Assembly (NCBI GenBank): GCA_037442245.1
Contig: JBBIQR010000002.1
Span: forward strand, 2,727-66,726
Direction: 5' to 3'
DNA from: Candidatus Solibacter sp.
Lineage (GTDB): Bacteria > Acidobacteriota > Terriglobia > Bryobacterales > Bryobacteraceae
DNA: 64,000 nt
Below are positions 28,679 through 38,535 of this stretch, in pieces. A program made the translations under genes and the position numbers. Each line of letters starts with the position of its first letter. Within the stretch, counting starts at the first letter, position 1. The notes under the pieces were generated by a model, which saw nothing but the letters and a program-made list of their open reading frames with translations, was not told where the DNA came from and made no database searches.

Positions 28679-30267
28679 GGCGGTGCATTCGAGCGCTGGT
28701 TGCCCTCGCGTTGGCCTGCGCTACCGCGTTGCCGGCGTGGACGGCGGAGGACGCGTACGACCGCGGCGTGGCGCTGGCGCGGATTGGCCGGTGGGAGGAG
28801 GCGCGCGCCGTCCTTCTACAGGGCTGGCGCCTGCATCCGGAGGACGAGCGCTTTGCCGTGGAACTGGGCGGCGTCGCCTTCCGGCAGAAGCGGTACGCGG
28901 AGGCGGCAGCGTGGCTGCGGCGGGCACTGCGATTGGCTCCGGACGACTCGTACGCCACCGGGTTCCTGGCCACAATCTACTTTTTGCAGGGTAACCTGGA
29001 CGCGGCCCTGAAATACTGGAACCGCGGCGGGAAACCGCGGCTCGACAGTGTGCGGATCGAACCCGGGCTCCGCGTGGATCCCGTCCTGCTGGACAGCGCA
29101 ATCGCGTTTGCGCCGGGCAGTCCGCTGCTCCTCGACGACCTGCGAACCACGCAGGCACGTCTGCGCGGGCTCGAGATCTTTCCGGTGTCCACTCTACGTT
29201 TGAACGCGCGCGAGGACGGGCGGTTCGATGCCTCGCTGGCGGCGACGGAGCGCGACGGTTGGGGCGCCGGACGCGCCGCGGCGCTCGTCTCCACGCTGCG
29301 CGGCGTGGCTTACCAGACGATTTATCCGGAGTATTTCAATATCGGCGGGTCGGCAATCAACATTACCTCGCTACTGCGGTGGGACCAGCAGAAACGGCGG
29401 CTGATGGCCGGCGTTTCCGGCCCGCTGGACGGCGCAAGGTACCGCTACCGGGCGGGTGTGGATGCACGCGAGGAGAACTGGGACCTGCGGCGCTCGTTCG
29501 CGGGCGCTGCGCCGTCGCTGGGTTCGCTGACGCTACGCAGGATGGCGATCAGTGCAGAAGTAACTTCGTTCGAGAGCGGCACGTGGCAGTGGACCGCCGG
29601 CGGCGAGCTTTCGCGTCGCGAGTACGGCGGGGTTGCGGCTGGAGCAGGGTTGCCGCCGGACGTTCTGCTGGGCGGCTACGAACTCAAAAGCATCGCCCAA
29701 ATGAGCCGCGACGTGTGGCGCGTACCGGAGCGCCGGTTCGAGAGCCGGGTGCGCGTGTCTTCGGAAACGGCGAGGATCTGGTCGGCGCCGGCTCATGCGT
29801 TCGAGCGCCTGCAAGGTTCCCTCACGACGCAGTGGATGCCGCGGATGACCGGCGACGACTACGCCGTGCATCACCAATTCAGCGCGGGCACGATCGTAGG
29901 ACAGGCGCCCTTCGACGAGTTGTACATGCTGGGGATGGAGCGCGACAACGACCTCTGGATGCGGGCGCATGTGGGCACGCGGGACGGGCGCAAAGGCAGC
30001 GCTCCCCTGTGCCGCGGCTACGTTCTGTCGAACTGGGATATGGACAAGAACGTGTACAGCGGACTGCTCTCGGTGAAACTCGGACCGCTGCTCGATACGG
30101 GCAAATGCTCGGATTCCCTGCCGGGGTTGGGCACTCGCGGCTGGCTTTGGGATACAGGAGTGCAGGCGAAAGTCCGCGTGCTCGGGGTGGGCTTCACGGT
30201 CGTGTACGGCAAGGACCTGCGCACGGGCAATAACGCGGTCTACGTCACAGCGGAAGCCGGTAGGTAG
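28633..30267 (+). CDS. TPR-repeat protein with probable outer-membrane beta-barrel C-terminal region
   Basis: Signal-like CIRALVALALACATALPAWTA. TPR repeats (YDRGVALARIGRWEEARAVLLQGWRLHPEDERF..., YAEAAAWLRRALRLAPDDSYATGFLATIYFLQGNLDAALKYW). The C-terminal half is rich in alternating aromatic/Gly strands. The start is uncertain: ATG 28633 overlaps the C39 gene by 46 nt. Confidence 0.55.
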   Translation: MERHRRLDFIGAAQVRRCIRALVALALACATALPAWTAEDAYDRGVALARIGRWEEARAVLLQGWRLHPEDERFAVELGGVAFRQKRYAEAAAWLRRALRLAPDDSYATGFLATIYFLQGNLDAALKYWNRGGKPRLDSVRIEPGLRVDPVLLDSAIAFAPGSPLLLDDLRTTQARLRGLEIFPVSTLRLNAREDGRFDASLAATERDGWGAGRAAALVSTLRGVAYQTIYPEYFNIGGSAINITSLLRWDQQKRRLMAGVSGPLDGARYRYRAGVDAREENWDLRRSFAGAAPSLGSLTLRRMAISAEVTSFESGTWQWTAGGELSRREYGGVAAGAGLPPDVLLGGYELKSIAQMSRDVWRVPERRFESRVRVSSETARIWSAPAHAFERLQGSLTTQWMPRMTGDDYAVHHQFSAGTIVGQAPFDELYMLGMERDNDLWMRAHVGTRDGRKGSAPLCRGYVLSNWDMDKNVYSGLLSVKLGPLLDTGKCSDSLPGLGTRGWLWDTGVQAKVRVLGVGFTVVYGKDLRTGNNAVYVTAEAGR

Positions 30268-30329
30268 CCGGCGGCGCGGCGAAACGGAACGATGGTGTAT
30301 GATCGCTGGCGGAAGAGGAGGTTTTCGCC

Positions 30330-31232
30330 ATGCGCTGGATTCACCTGCCCGCTGCTTGCACCCTGGCTGCGTGGGCGGCCACCGGTTGGGCGCAACCGGC
30401 GCCGCCGGCGCGCGAGATTCCGTTGTATCCGGGGGTCGCGCCGGGTTCGGAGAACTGGCACTACCCGGAACGAACCGCGGGCACGCCGGAGCGGCCGCAG
30501 GCGCAGAACATCGTGCGGCCGGTGCTGCAGTATTACCCGGCGGACAAAGCGAACGCGGTGGGGACCGCGGTCATCATCGCGCCGGGCGGCGGGTTCCGGA
30601 CTCTGATGATGTCCTACGAAGGCGTGGACGTGGCCAGACGGTTCAACCAGATGGGCATCGATGCCTTCGTGCTGAAGTACCGCACGATCTATCAGGATCC
30701 CGCGGCGCCGGCGCAGGCGGGGCGGGGTCCCGCGGCAACGGGTCCGCAGGCGGGGCAGAATGTGCGCGCGCTGGCGGAGGCGGATGGGCCTCAGGCAGTA
30801 CGGGTGCTGCGCGCGCACGCGGCGGAGTTCGGCGTGCCTCCTAACCGGATCGGCATGATCGGCTACTCGGCGGGCGGCGCGGTACTGCTCGCAGCGGTGT
30901 ACGGTCCGGCCGACGGGCGCCCCGATTTCGCGATGCCGATCTACGCCGCGGGCGCCGGCTCGACGCCTCCGCCAGCAGGCGCGCCGCCCTTGCTCATCGC
31001 GGTAGCGGCGGACGATCAGGCGGTGGGATACCAGGGTTCGATCGACCTCTTCCAGGCTTGGATCAAGGCGGGCTTCAAGGCCGAACTGCACGTCTTCCAG
31101 ACCGGCAGGCACGGGTTTGGCGTCAAAGGCGGGGGCGCGGATCACTACCTCGACCGGGTCGAAGAGTGGCTGAAGGTGAACGGGTGGCTGAGCAAACCGG
31201 GCGGCGATGGAGCGAAGCCGGCGGCACGTTAG
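30330..31232 (+). CDS. Secreted alpha/beta-hydrolase (esterase/lipase-like)
   Basis: SD GAGGAGG before ATG 30330, a signal peptide, and the nucleophile elbow GYSAGG. Confidence 0.8.
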   Translation: MRWIHLPAACTLAAWAATGWAQPAPPAREIPLYPGVAPGSENWHYPERTAGTPERPQAQNIVRPVLQYYPADKANAVGTAVIIAPGGGFRTLMMSYEGVDVARRFNQMGIDAFVLKYRTIYQDPAAPAQAGRGPAATGPQAGQNVRALAEADGPQAVRVLRAHAAEFGVPPNRIGMIGYSAGGAVLLAAVYGPADGRPDFAMPIYAAGAGSTPPPAGAPPLLIAVAADDQAVGYQGSIDLFQAWIKAGFKAELHVFQTGRHGFGVKGGGADHYLDRVEEWLKVNGWLSKPGGDGAKPAAR

Positions 31233-31254
31233 CGGACAGGGACTGCCGCGCGCT

Positions 31255-32046
31255 TCAAGGCCGGCAGATGCCGCGCTTCGACCCGCGGACAAACGCTACG
31301 AGTTCGCGCGTTTCCACCGTGCCCAGGTCGCGCTCGATCGCGGCCAGAGCCTCGTCGCGACGCAGGCTGGAGCGGTATAGCAGGCGGTAGGCGCGCTTGA
31401 GCGCGGCGATCTGCTCGGGCACGAAACCGGCGCGGCGCAGGCCCACCAGGTTCAATCCCTTGGGTGCGATCTCGAAACCGGCGAACGTGAAGAACGGCGG
31501 CGCATCGAGGTTGACGCGCGTGTTGCCGCTGACCATGGCCAGCCGCCCCACCTTCGAAAACTGGTGGACCAGGACGCCGCCCGAGAGAAACGCGCCATCG
31601 CCGATTTCCACGTAGCCGCCCAGCAGCACGCAACTGGCGATCACCGTACGATCGCCGATGCGGCAATTGTGCGCGATGTGCCCGCTGGTCATGATGAAGT
31701 TGCCGTCCCCGATCTCGGTGGCGGATTCCGGCGGCGTGCCGCGCGATATCGTGAAGTGCTCCCGGATCTTGTTGCCGCTGCCGATCCGCAGGTAGCTGCG
31801 TACGCCGGAGAAGTTCCGGTCGAGCGGTTCGGTGCCGAGCACGGTGCCCGCGCCGATTTCGTTATTCTCGCCCAGTGTGGTCCAGCGCTTGATATAGACG
31901 TACGGTTCCAGAACGCAGCCCGCGCCGATGGTTACATCGCCTTCGATTACGCAAAACTCGCCGATGCGCGCGCCGGGACCGATGATCGCTCCGGCGTCAA
32001 CTCGCGCAGTGGGCGCGATGGCCGCGCCGGGATCAATCCCAGACAC
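31255..32046 (-). CDS. lpxA: Acyl-ACP--UDP-N-acetylglucosamine O-acyltransferase
   Basis: Left-handed beta-helix hexapeptide repeats. LpxA-specific C-terminal helical domain (GLNLVGLRRAGFVPEQIAALKRAYRLLYRS). GTG start at 32046. The upstream part of the track ORF is non-coding-looking. Confidence 0.85.
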   Translation of the reverse strand: MSGIDPGAAIAPTARVDAGAIIGPGARIGEFCVIEGDVTIGAGCVLEPYVYIKRWTTLGENNEIGAGTVLGTEPLDRNFSGVRSYLRIGSGNKIREHFTISRGTPPESATEIGDGNFIMTSGHIAHNCRIGDRTVIASCVLLGGYVEIGDGAFLSGGVLVHQFSKVGRLAMVSGNTRVNLDAPPFFTFAGFEIAPKGLNLVGLRRAGFVPEQIAALKRAYRLLYRSSLRRDEALAAIERDLGTVETRELVAFVRGSKRGICRP

Positions 32047-32473
32047 GTTTCGGCACGCCGCGGTCGCGGTCGGTGAGGCGGTCGTACTGGTAGAAGGTGG
32101 ACACCGTTCCCAGTGAACTGTTGTAGAGGCTGGTTTCGCCGAGGATTTCCTTGAGATCCTCTTCGAAGGCGTGCAGCGCTTTGAGTTGATCCGCGATTGC
32201 CGGACAGCGCGTGCCCGAGGGCGCGCGGAAGAACTTCTGGAATCCGCCATCCACCAGGGAAGCGATCTCGCCGCCACGGAGGATGCCGGCGCGCTCGTCG
32301 ATACGGTAGCCGCCGCCCGAGGCTTCGGTCAGATCCACGGCGCATTCACCGCGGCTGACCCTTGCCCCCCCGGACTGCGGAGCGACACTGAACCCAGCGG
32401 ACTTAAGGGCGTCCAGACGCTCCTGGAAGGCCGGAACCCGAGGACGCTCTCTGCGGAAGAACATATGCATCAT
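32033..32473 (-). CDS. Hypothetical protein (146 aa)
   Basis: ATG cluster MMHMFFRRERPRV at 32473. Normal composition. Overlaps the lpxA start by 14 nt. No motif recognised. Confidence 0.5.
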   Translation of the reverse strand: MMHMFFRRERPRVPAFQERLDALKSAGFSVAPQSGGARVSRGECAVDLTEASGGGYRIDERAGILRGGEIASLVDGGFQKFFRAPSGTRCPAIADQLKALHAFEEDLKEILGETSLYNSSLGTVSTFYQYDRLTDRDRGVPKRVWD

Positions 32474-32568
32474 TATAGCCGGAGGCGGCGCCGGTACCGG
32501 AATTCCGGAGTCCAGGCCAGACCCTCGCCTGCCAGGACAACTCCGAATGTAGTAAGTTAGGACACAGC

Positions 32569-32895
32569 GTGCGCGCCCCCCATACCAACACCGCGAGCGC
32601 CCTCCTGCCCGGAGCGGACGCGCCGGTGCGCGCCATCGCCCGTATCGCGGTGCTGCTCCTGCTTCTGGCGGTGGTGTGTACGCAGGGGGCGGCTTCCGCT
32701 GAGGACCACCATCATTCCGCGCAACATTGCTGCGCCATCTGTCATGCCGGCACGCTTCCTTTCCTGCAACCCGTCGCGTCCTGGCTGATTGCTCCGGCGC
32801 TGCCGGCGGTCTGGTTCCATCCGGCTCCAAAGCTCAACTCGTCGCACGCACCCCTGGTCCTGAGCGGCGAATCGCGCGCTCCTCCCGCCTGCTGA
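32569..32895 (+). CDS. Small exported His/Cys-rich protein upstream of RND metal-efflux genes
   Basis: GTG 32569. Hydrophobic signal/anchor IARIAVLLLLLAVVCTQGAASA followed by EDHHHSAQHCCAICHAG. Lies about 100 nt upstream of the membrane-fusion protein gene. Confidence 0.5.
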   Translation: MRAPHTNTASALLPGADAPVRAIARIAVLLLLLAVVCTQGAASAEDHHHSAQHCCAICHAGTLPFLQPVASWLIAPALPAVWFHPAPKLNSSHAPLVLSGESRAPPAC

Positions 32896-32993
32896 ATCCC
32901 TGCGATTACATAGTCTGGCTTCGGCGTCCGCGCGGCCCTGCGCCGCCGGGTGCCGCGCATCTTTTTCGAGGGGAATGAGGAGTCTATCGAGTC

Positions 32994-34172
32994 ATGAATG
33001 GTGATGCTGTTTGCTGCCTGCGCCGGCTTGTTGGGGGCTGGTGTGTGCTGGCGCTGGCGTGCCTGGGACCGGCGTGCCGCCGTGTACCGCCCGCGGAGGG
33101 CAAGCGCGATAGCGGCGCCGTGAGCACGCAACCGGGGCTATTCACCGTGCCCAGCGACCAGATGGCGCACCTCAAAACGGTGCAGGTCCGCACCTCGAAC
33201 TGGCCGGCCGCGGTGCAAACCACCGGCACCGTGGATTGGGACGCCGACCACACGACCCAGGCCATTACGCAGGTGAACGGCCCCATCACCCGCATCCTCG
33301 TCGATCTCGGGACGCCGGTGCAAAAGGACCAGCCGCTGCTCTACGTCTCCAGTCCCGATGTCGCCAACGCGGTCGCCGCCTACCGCAAAGCGCGCAATCG
33401 CGAACTGTATAACCAGCGGATTGTGGACCGGATGAAGGAGTTGCTCGACCGTGGCGCCATCGCCCTCAAGGACTACCAAAGCAGCGAAGCGGACTATAAC
33501 GACGCCCGCACCGACGTACAGAACAGCCTGCAGGCGCTGCGCATCTTCGGCATCACTGGCAAGGACATCGAAGCCGCGGAAAAGCAGGGCGCCGCGGTGA
33601 ATACCGAGCTTGCGGTGCGTTCGCCCATCTCCGGCGCGGTTGTGCAGAAACTGGTCTCGCCCGGCATGGTGATCCAGGCCGGGCAGACGGTCTGCTTCGC
33701 CATCAGCGACGTCTCTACCGTATGGGTGCAGGGCCATATCTTCGACCGCGACCTGCCCACGGTGCGGATCGGCGATCCCGTGGATGAGACGAATCCCTCG
33801 CTGCAGCGCAGTTTCCACGGCACCGTCGCCTACATCGGCAGTTTCGTCGATCCCAACACCCGGACCACACCGGTGCGCATCGTCACGAGCAATCCGGCGG
33901 GGCTGCTCAAGAAGGACATGTTCGTCGATGCGGTGGTGCGCACCGGAATGCGGAGCCGAATCCTGGTCGTCCCGGTATCGGCGGTGCTGCGCGACGACAA
34001 GAACGAACCGATCGTGTACGTGCAGGCCGAACCCGGCAGGTTCGCGCTGCGCAGCGTCACCGTCGCCGGCCAACAGGACGGATTGGCCGCGATCTCCAAC
34101 GGATTGCAGGAGGGAGAAACCGTGGTGAGCGACGGCAGCCTGTTCCTGCAGTTCGCCAACATGATCCGATAG
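32994..34172 (+). CDS. RND efflux membrane fusion protein (CzcB/HlyD family)
   Basis: Lipoyl/beta-barrel MFP layout (VDWDADHTTQAITQVNGPITRILVDLGTPVQKDQPLLYVSSPD...). Lies directly upstream of the RND pump gene. Confidence 0.85.
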   Translation: MNGDAVCCLRRLVGGWCVLALACLGPACRRVPPAEGKRDSGAVSTQPGLFTVPSDQMAHLKTVQVRTSNWPAAVQTTGTVDWDADHTTQAITQVNGPITRILVDLGTPVQKDQPLLYVSSPDVANAVAAYRKARNRELYNQRIVDRMKELLDRGAIALKDYQSSEADYNDARTDVQNSLQALRIFGITGKDIEAAEKQGAAVNTELAVRSPISGAVVQKLVSPGMVIQAGQTVCFAISDVSTVWVQGHIFDRDLPTVRIGDPVDETNPSLQRSFHGTVAYIGSFVDPNTRTTPVRIVTSNPAGLLKKDMFVDAVVRTGMRSRILVVPVSAVLRDDKNEPIVYVQAEPGRFALRSVTVAGQQDGLAAISNGLQEGETVVSDGSLFLQFANMIR

Positions 34173-34184
34173 GGCGCAAACCAC

Positions 34185-37100
34185 ATGATCGCGAAACTCG
34201 TCTCCTTCGCACTCCGGCAGCCTTTCCTCATCGTGATCGGCGCGATCGCCCTGATGATCTACGGCGCGATCTCGTTTCAGCATTTGCCGATCGACGCCTA
34301 TCCCGATCTTTCGCCGCCGCACGTCGAAATCATCACGCAGTGGCCGGGCCATGCCGCCGAAGAGGTGGAGCGTCTGGTCACGATCCCGATCGAAATCGAA
34401 ATGAACGGCATCCCGCGGCTGGGCTCGCTGCGCTCGATTTCTCTCTACGGCCTCTCCAGCGTGCAGATGAATTTCGAGTACGGCGCGGATCCGTATTTCG
34501 TCCGCGAACAGGCCTTCGAGCGCGTGGCCAATGCGGCGATCCCTTCCGGGCTGCAGCCCTCTCTCTCGCCGTTGTACAGTCCCAGCGGCCTGATCTACCG
34601 CTACGTGCTGCAAAGCCCGGACCGATCTCCGCAGGAGTTGAAGATCCTGGAGGACTGGGTGGTGGAGCGGCACTTCCGTTCGATCCAGGGAGTCGCCGAC
34701 GACTCCGGCTTCGGCGGCACCACGATGCAATACCAGGTGCTGCTCGATCCCTCCAAGTTGTTCGCCTATGGCATCACGGTTCCGCAGGTGACGACGCAAC
34801 TCGGCAACAATAATGCCAACTCGGGCGGCGGCTTCTACTCGCAGGGCGGGCAGTTCTATTACATCCGCGGCCTCGGACTGGTGCGCGACATGGCCGATAT
34901 CGGCAACATCGTCCTGCAGCAGAAAGGCGGCATCCCGGTATACGTGAAGGACATTGCCCAGGTGCAAATCGGCCACGCGCCGCGACTCGGGCAGTTCGGA
35001 TACATGCATCAGCAGGAAGCCGTGGAGGGCGTCATCCTCATGCGCGTGGGCGAGCAGGCGCAGGTGATTCTGCGGCGCGTCGAGGAGATGACGAATGAGC
35101 TGAACCGGCACGTCCTGCCGCCGGATGTGAAGGTGGTTCCCTATTACGATCGCCAGGGCCTCATCGAGGAAACCACCAAGACCGTCGAGGACAACCTGTT
35201 GCGCGGCATGTTGCTGGTGCTGATTATCCTCGGGCTGTTCCTGTTCAGCGTGCGCACGGCGCTGATTGTGGCGGTCACGATTCCGTTCGCGCTGTTGTTT
35301 TCCTTCATCTGTCTCGACTGGCGGCACATTCCGGCGAACCTGCTTTCCATCGGCGCGATCGATTTCGGGATCATCGTCGACGGCGCGGTCGTCATGGTGG
35401 AGAACATTTTCCGGGAACTCGCCATGCACCGTGAGGACGAAGAAGTTCACGTGGTGGACGTGATCCGCGCGGCGGCGCACGACGTGGAGCGGCCGATCTT
35501 CTACGCCATCGCGGTCATCATCGCCGGATACCTTCCAATTTATGTGCTCACCGGACCGTCCGGGCGCCTCTTTCAGCCGATGGCGGACACTATGTCGTAC
35601 GCCCTGCTGGGCGCGCTGCTGTGCGCTCTGACGGTGCTGCCGGTGCTGTGCTCCTACCTCCTCCGCCGGCACGTCCATGAGCCGCGGGTGCGGGTGTACG
35701 AGTGGATCCGCGCTGTGTATGGCCGGATGCTCGGCTGGTGCCTGCGCCACCGCGCGGTCACGGTGATGGCCGCGCTCGCGGTCTTCGGCAGTTCGCTGCT
35801 GTTGATCCCCTTCATCGGCGGCGAGTTCATGCCGCACCTCGACGAGGGCGCGCTGTGGGTTCGCGCTACCACGCCCTACACCATCTCGTTCGACGAAGCC
35901 GCCCGGCTCTCCCCTCAGATTCGCGACATCCTGCTCGGCTTCCCACAAGTGACTACCGTGGCCAACGAACTCGGCCGGCCCGACGACGGGACCGACCCCA
36001 CCGGTTTCTTCAACAACGAATTCTACGTCGGGCTCAAGCCTTACTCCGATAAATCCTGGGCCGGCACGATCCGCACCAAGCCGGAACTGATCCAGGCCGT
36101 ACAGAAGAAGCTGGCGTCCTTCCCGGGGATCATCTTCAACTACACGCAGCCCGCCGAGGATGCGGTGGACGAAGCCGAGACGGGCTTGAAGAGCGCGCTC
36201 GCGGTCAAGATATTCGGCGCCGACCTCGCCACGCTCGAACAGAAGGCGTACCAGGTGAAGAGCGTGCTTGGCAACATCCCCGGAATCGCCGAAATTACGG
36301 TGGTGCGCGAACTTGGGCAGCCCAGCCTGACGATCACGCCCGATCGCGCCAAACTCGCGCGCTACGGGTTGAACGTGAGCGACGTCAACACCCTGGTCGA
36401 GACCGCGCTCGGAGGCACGGCGGCGACCCAGGTGATACAGGGCGAGCGGCAGTTCGATCTGGTCGTCCGCATGCAGGAGCAGTACCGCAGCGACGAAAAC
36501 GCCATCAAGAACCTGCTGATCGCGACGCCGGACGGGCAGTACCTGCCGCTGAGCCAGTTCTGCGAGATCCATGTGGAAAGCGGCGCTTCGTTCATCTACC
36601 GCGAGTCCAACTCGCGCTACATCGGGGTACAGTTCAGCGTGGAAGGGCGCGACCTGGCCAGCGCCGTGGGTGAAGCCCGCCGCAAAGTGGACGAAGCCGT
36701 GAAGCTGCCCATCGATTACCACTTCGATTGGGGCGGCGAATACAAGGAATATCTGGCCTCGCAGGAGCAGATGAAAGTTATTCTGCCGCTCACGGTGCTA
36801 CTGATCCTGCTGATCCTGTTCGCGCTCTACGGCAACATCAAATTCCCGCTGATCATTTTCGTCAGCGTGCTGATGACCGAACCGGTGGGCGGTCTGCTGG
36901 CGCTCTACCTCACCCACACGCCGTTCAGCGTTTCGTCCATGCTGGGCTTCGTCGCGCTGATGGGCGTGGCGGTACAGACCAGCGTGATCCTTTACTCGTT
37001 CATCAACAAACTGCGGCTCGAAGGACACGACATTCCCACCGCGACCCTGGAGGCATCGCTATTGCGGCTGCGTCCGATCATGATGACCGCCCTGGTGGCC

Positions 37101-37271
37101 TGTTTCGGATTGCTGCCGGCGGCGATGTCCACCGGGATCGGCAGCGATTCCCAAAAACCGTTCGCGATCGTGATTGTGGCCGGGCTGGCCTCCCGGCTGT
37201 TGCTTTCGATCTTTCTCGCGCCGGTGCTCTACGCGCTGGCTGCTCGCGACGGCGATACGTTGCAGGTTTAG
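34185..37271 (+). CDS. CusA/CzcA-family heavy-metal efflux RND transporter
   Basis: 1028 aa with 12-TM RND architecture. Heavy-metal-efflux (HME)-type TM4 motif AIDFGIIVDGAVVMVENIF. Confidence 0.9.
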   Translation: MIAKLVSFALRQPFLIVIGAIALMIYGAISFQHLPIDAYPDLSPPHVEIITQWPGHAAEEVERLVTIPIEIEMNGIPRLGSLRSISLYGLSSVQMNFEYGADPYFVREQAFERVANAAIPSGLQPSLSPLYSPSGLIYRYVLQSPDRSPQELKILEDWVVERHFRSIQGVADDSGFGGTTMQYQVLLDPSKLFAYGITVPQVTTQLGNNNANSGGGFYSQGGQFYYIRGLGLVRDMADIGNIVLQQKGGIPVYVKDIAQVQIGHAPRLGQFGYMHQQEAVEGVILMRVGEQAQVILRRVEEMTNELNRHVLPPDVKVVPYYDRQGLIEETTKTVEDNLLRGMLLVLIILGLFLFSVRTALIVAVTIPFALLFSFICLDWRHIPANLLSIGAIDFGIIVDGAVVMVENIFRELAMHREDEEVHVVDVIRAAAHDVERPIFYAIAVIIAGYLPIYVLTGPSGRLFQPMADTMSYALLGALLCALTVLPVLCSYLLRRHVHEPRVRVYEWIRAVYGRMLGWCLRHRAVTVMAALAVFGSSLLLIPFIGGEFMPHLDEGALWVRATTPYTISFDEAARLSPQIRDILLGFPQVTTVANELGRPDDGTDPTGFFNNEFYVGLKPYSDKSWAGTIRTKPELIQAVQKKLASFPGIIFNYTQPAEDAVDEAETGLKSALAVKIFGADLATLEQKAYQVKSVLGNIPGIAEITVVRELGQPSLTITPDRAKLARYGLNVSDVNTLVETALGGTAATQVIQGERQFDLVVRMQEQYRSDENAIKNLLIATPDGQYLPLSQFCEIHVESGASFIYRESNSRYIGVQFSVEGRDLASAVGEARRKVDEAVKLPIDYHFDWGGEYKEYLASQEQMKVILPLTVLLILLILFALYGNIKFPLIIFVSVLMTEPVGGLLALYLTHTPFSVSSMLGFVALMGVAVQTSVILYSFINKLRLEGHDIPTATLEASLLRLRPIMMTALVACFGLLPAAMSTGIGSDSQKPFAIVIVAGLASRLLLSIFLAPVLYALAARDGDTLQV

Positions 37272-37281
37272 AAGGGGCGTC

Positions 37282-38535
37282 ATGAAGATGCAGCGCATGA
37301 TCCGGTATTTGTGTTTGGCTCTGCCGCTGGCGGGCAGCGCCTTGGGGCAGACGGCCCTCGACTGGCGGCAGGTGGTGGACAAGTTCCGCGCCGCAAACCC
37401 AAGCCTCATCGCCGGGCAGCTCACCATCCGGGAGTCCAAGGCTTCGGAGGTGACCGCCTATCTCCGTCCGAACCCCACCGCCAGTTTCTCGCTCGATCAG
37501 TTGCAGGTCTTCAATGGCAATCCGTACCGCCCGCTGACCAACGCCCTGCCCATCGTCGCGGTGGACTATGTGCGGGAGCGCCGGCACAAGCGCGAACTGC
37601 GCCTACAGAGCGCGCAACAGGGCACCGCCATCGCCGAGTCGCAGGAGTTGGATCTGGAGCGCAGTCTGCTCTTCAGTCTGCGCACCGCCTTCGTGCAGAC
37701 CCTGCAAGCCAAGGCGCTGCTGGCCAGCGCGAAAGAGAACCTGGATTACTTCGACAAGGAGTTGCTGATCCATCGCGCCCGCTACCGTTCCGGCGACATC
37801 GCGCGCGTGGACCTGGACCGCATCGCGCTGCAGCGGGTGCAGTACGAATCCGACTACCAGTCCGCTCTGGTGAACACGCGGACCGCCAAGATCACGCTGC
37901 TGATGCTGCTGAACGATCGCACACCGGTGGACCGCTTCGATGTCACCGGGCCCTTCGGGTTCCAGGAGAAGATGCAACCGCTCGACGACTTCCACGCGAT
38001 GGCGGCCGATTCGCGCCCGGACCTGCGTGCGGCGGCCCAGGCCGTGACCAAAGCCACCACCGACCACAAACTGGCGATGGCCAATGGCGCCACCGACCCG
38101 GACATCTCGATCGACTTCGGCCATACCGGCGTGGACTCTTTCGTGGGCGGCGGCGTCAGCTTCCCCCTGCGCATCTTCGATCGCAACCAGGGCGAGAAGG
38201 CGCGCACCGAGATCGACATCACGCGCGCGGAACGGCAGCGGGACGTCACGCAGGCGCAGGTCTTCAGCGACGTCGATTCCGCCTACTTCACACTGCTCGG
38301 CACGGTCAGCCAATTGCGCCCTTACATGGGCTCCGACGGCTATCTGGAGACCGCCGGCCGCATCCGCGAAACCATGTCCTACTCCTACCAGAAAGGCCAG
38401 GCGGCGCTGGTGGACTACCTGGACGCGCAGCGCGACTACCGCGCGACGCAGGTGGCGTATCTCAACCTGGTGGGCGCATACCTCACCGCCGCCGGGCAGC
38501 TCAATATGGCGGTCGGGCGCGAGGCCATCCCGTAA
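37282..38535 (+). CDS. TolC-like outer membrane efflux protein (CzcC-type)
   Basis: ATG 37282 with signal peptide MKMQRMIRYLCLALPLAGSALGQ. Two OEP repeats. Position after the RND pump. Confidence 0.85.
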   Translation: MKMQRMIRYLCLALPLAGSALGQTALDWRQVVDKFRAANPSLIAGQLTIRESKASEVTAYLRPNPTASFSLDQLQVFNGNPYRPLTNALPIVAVDYVRERRHKRELRLQSAQQGTAIAESQELDLERSLLFSLRTAFVQTLQAKALLASAKENLDYFDKELLIHRARYRSGDIARVDLDRIALQRVQYESDYQSALVNTRTAKITLLMLLNDRTPVDRFDVTGPFGFQEKMQPLDDFHAMAADSRPDLRAAAQAVTKATTDHKLAMANGATDPDISIDFGHTGVDSFVGGGVSFPLRIFDRNQGEKARTEIDITRAERQRDVTQAQVFSDVDSAYFTLLGTVSQLRPYMGSDGYLETAGRIRETMSYSYQKGQAALVDYLDAQRDYRATQVAYLNLVGAYLTAAGQLNMAVGREAIP

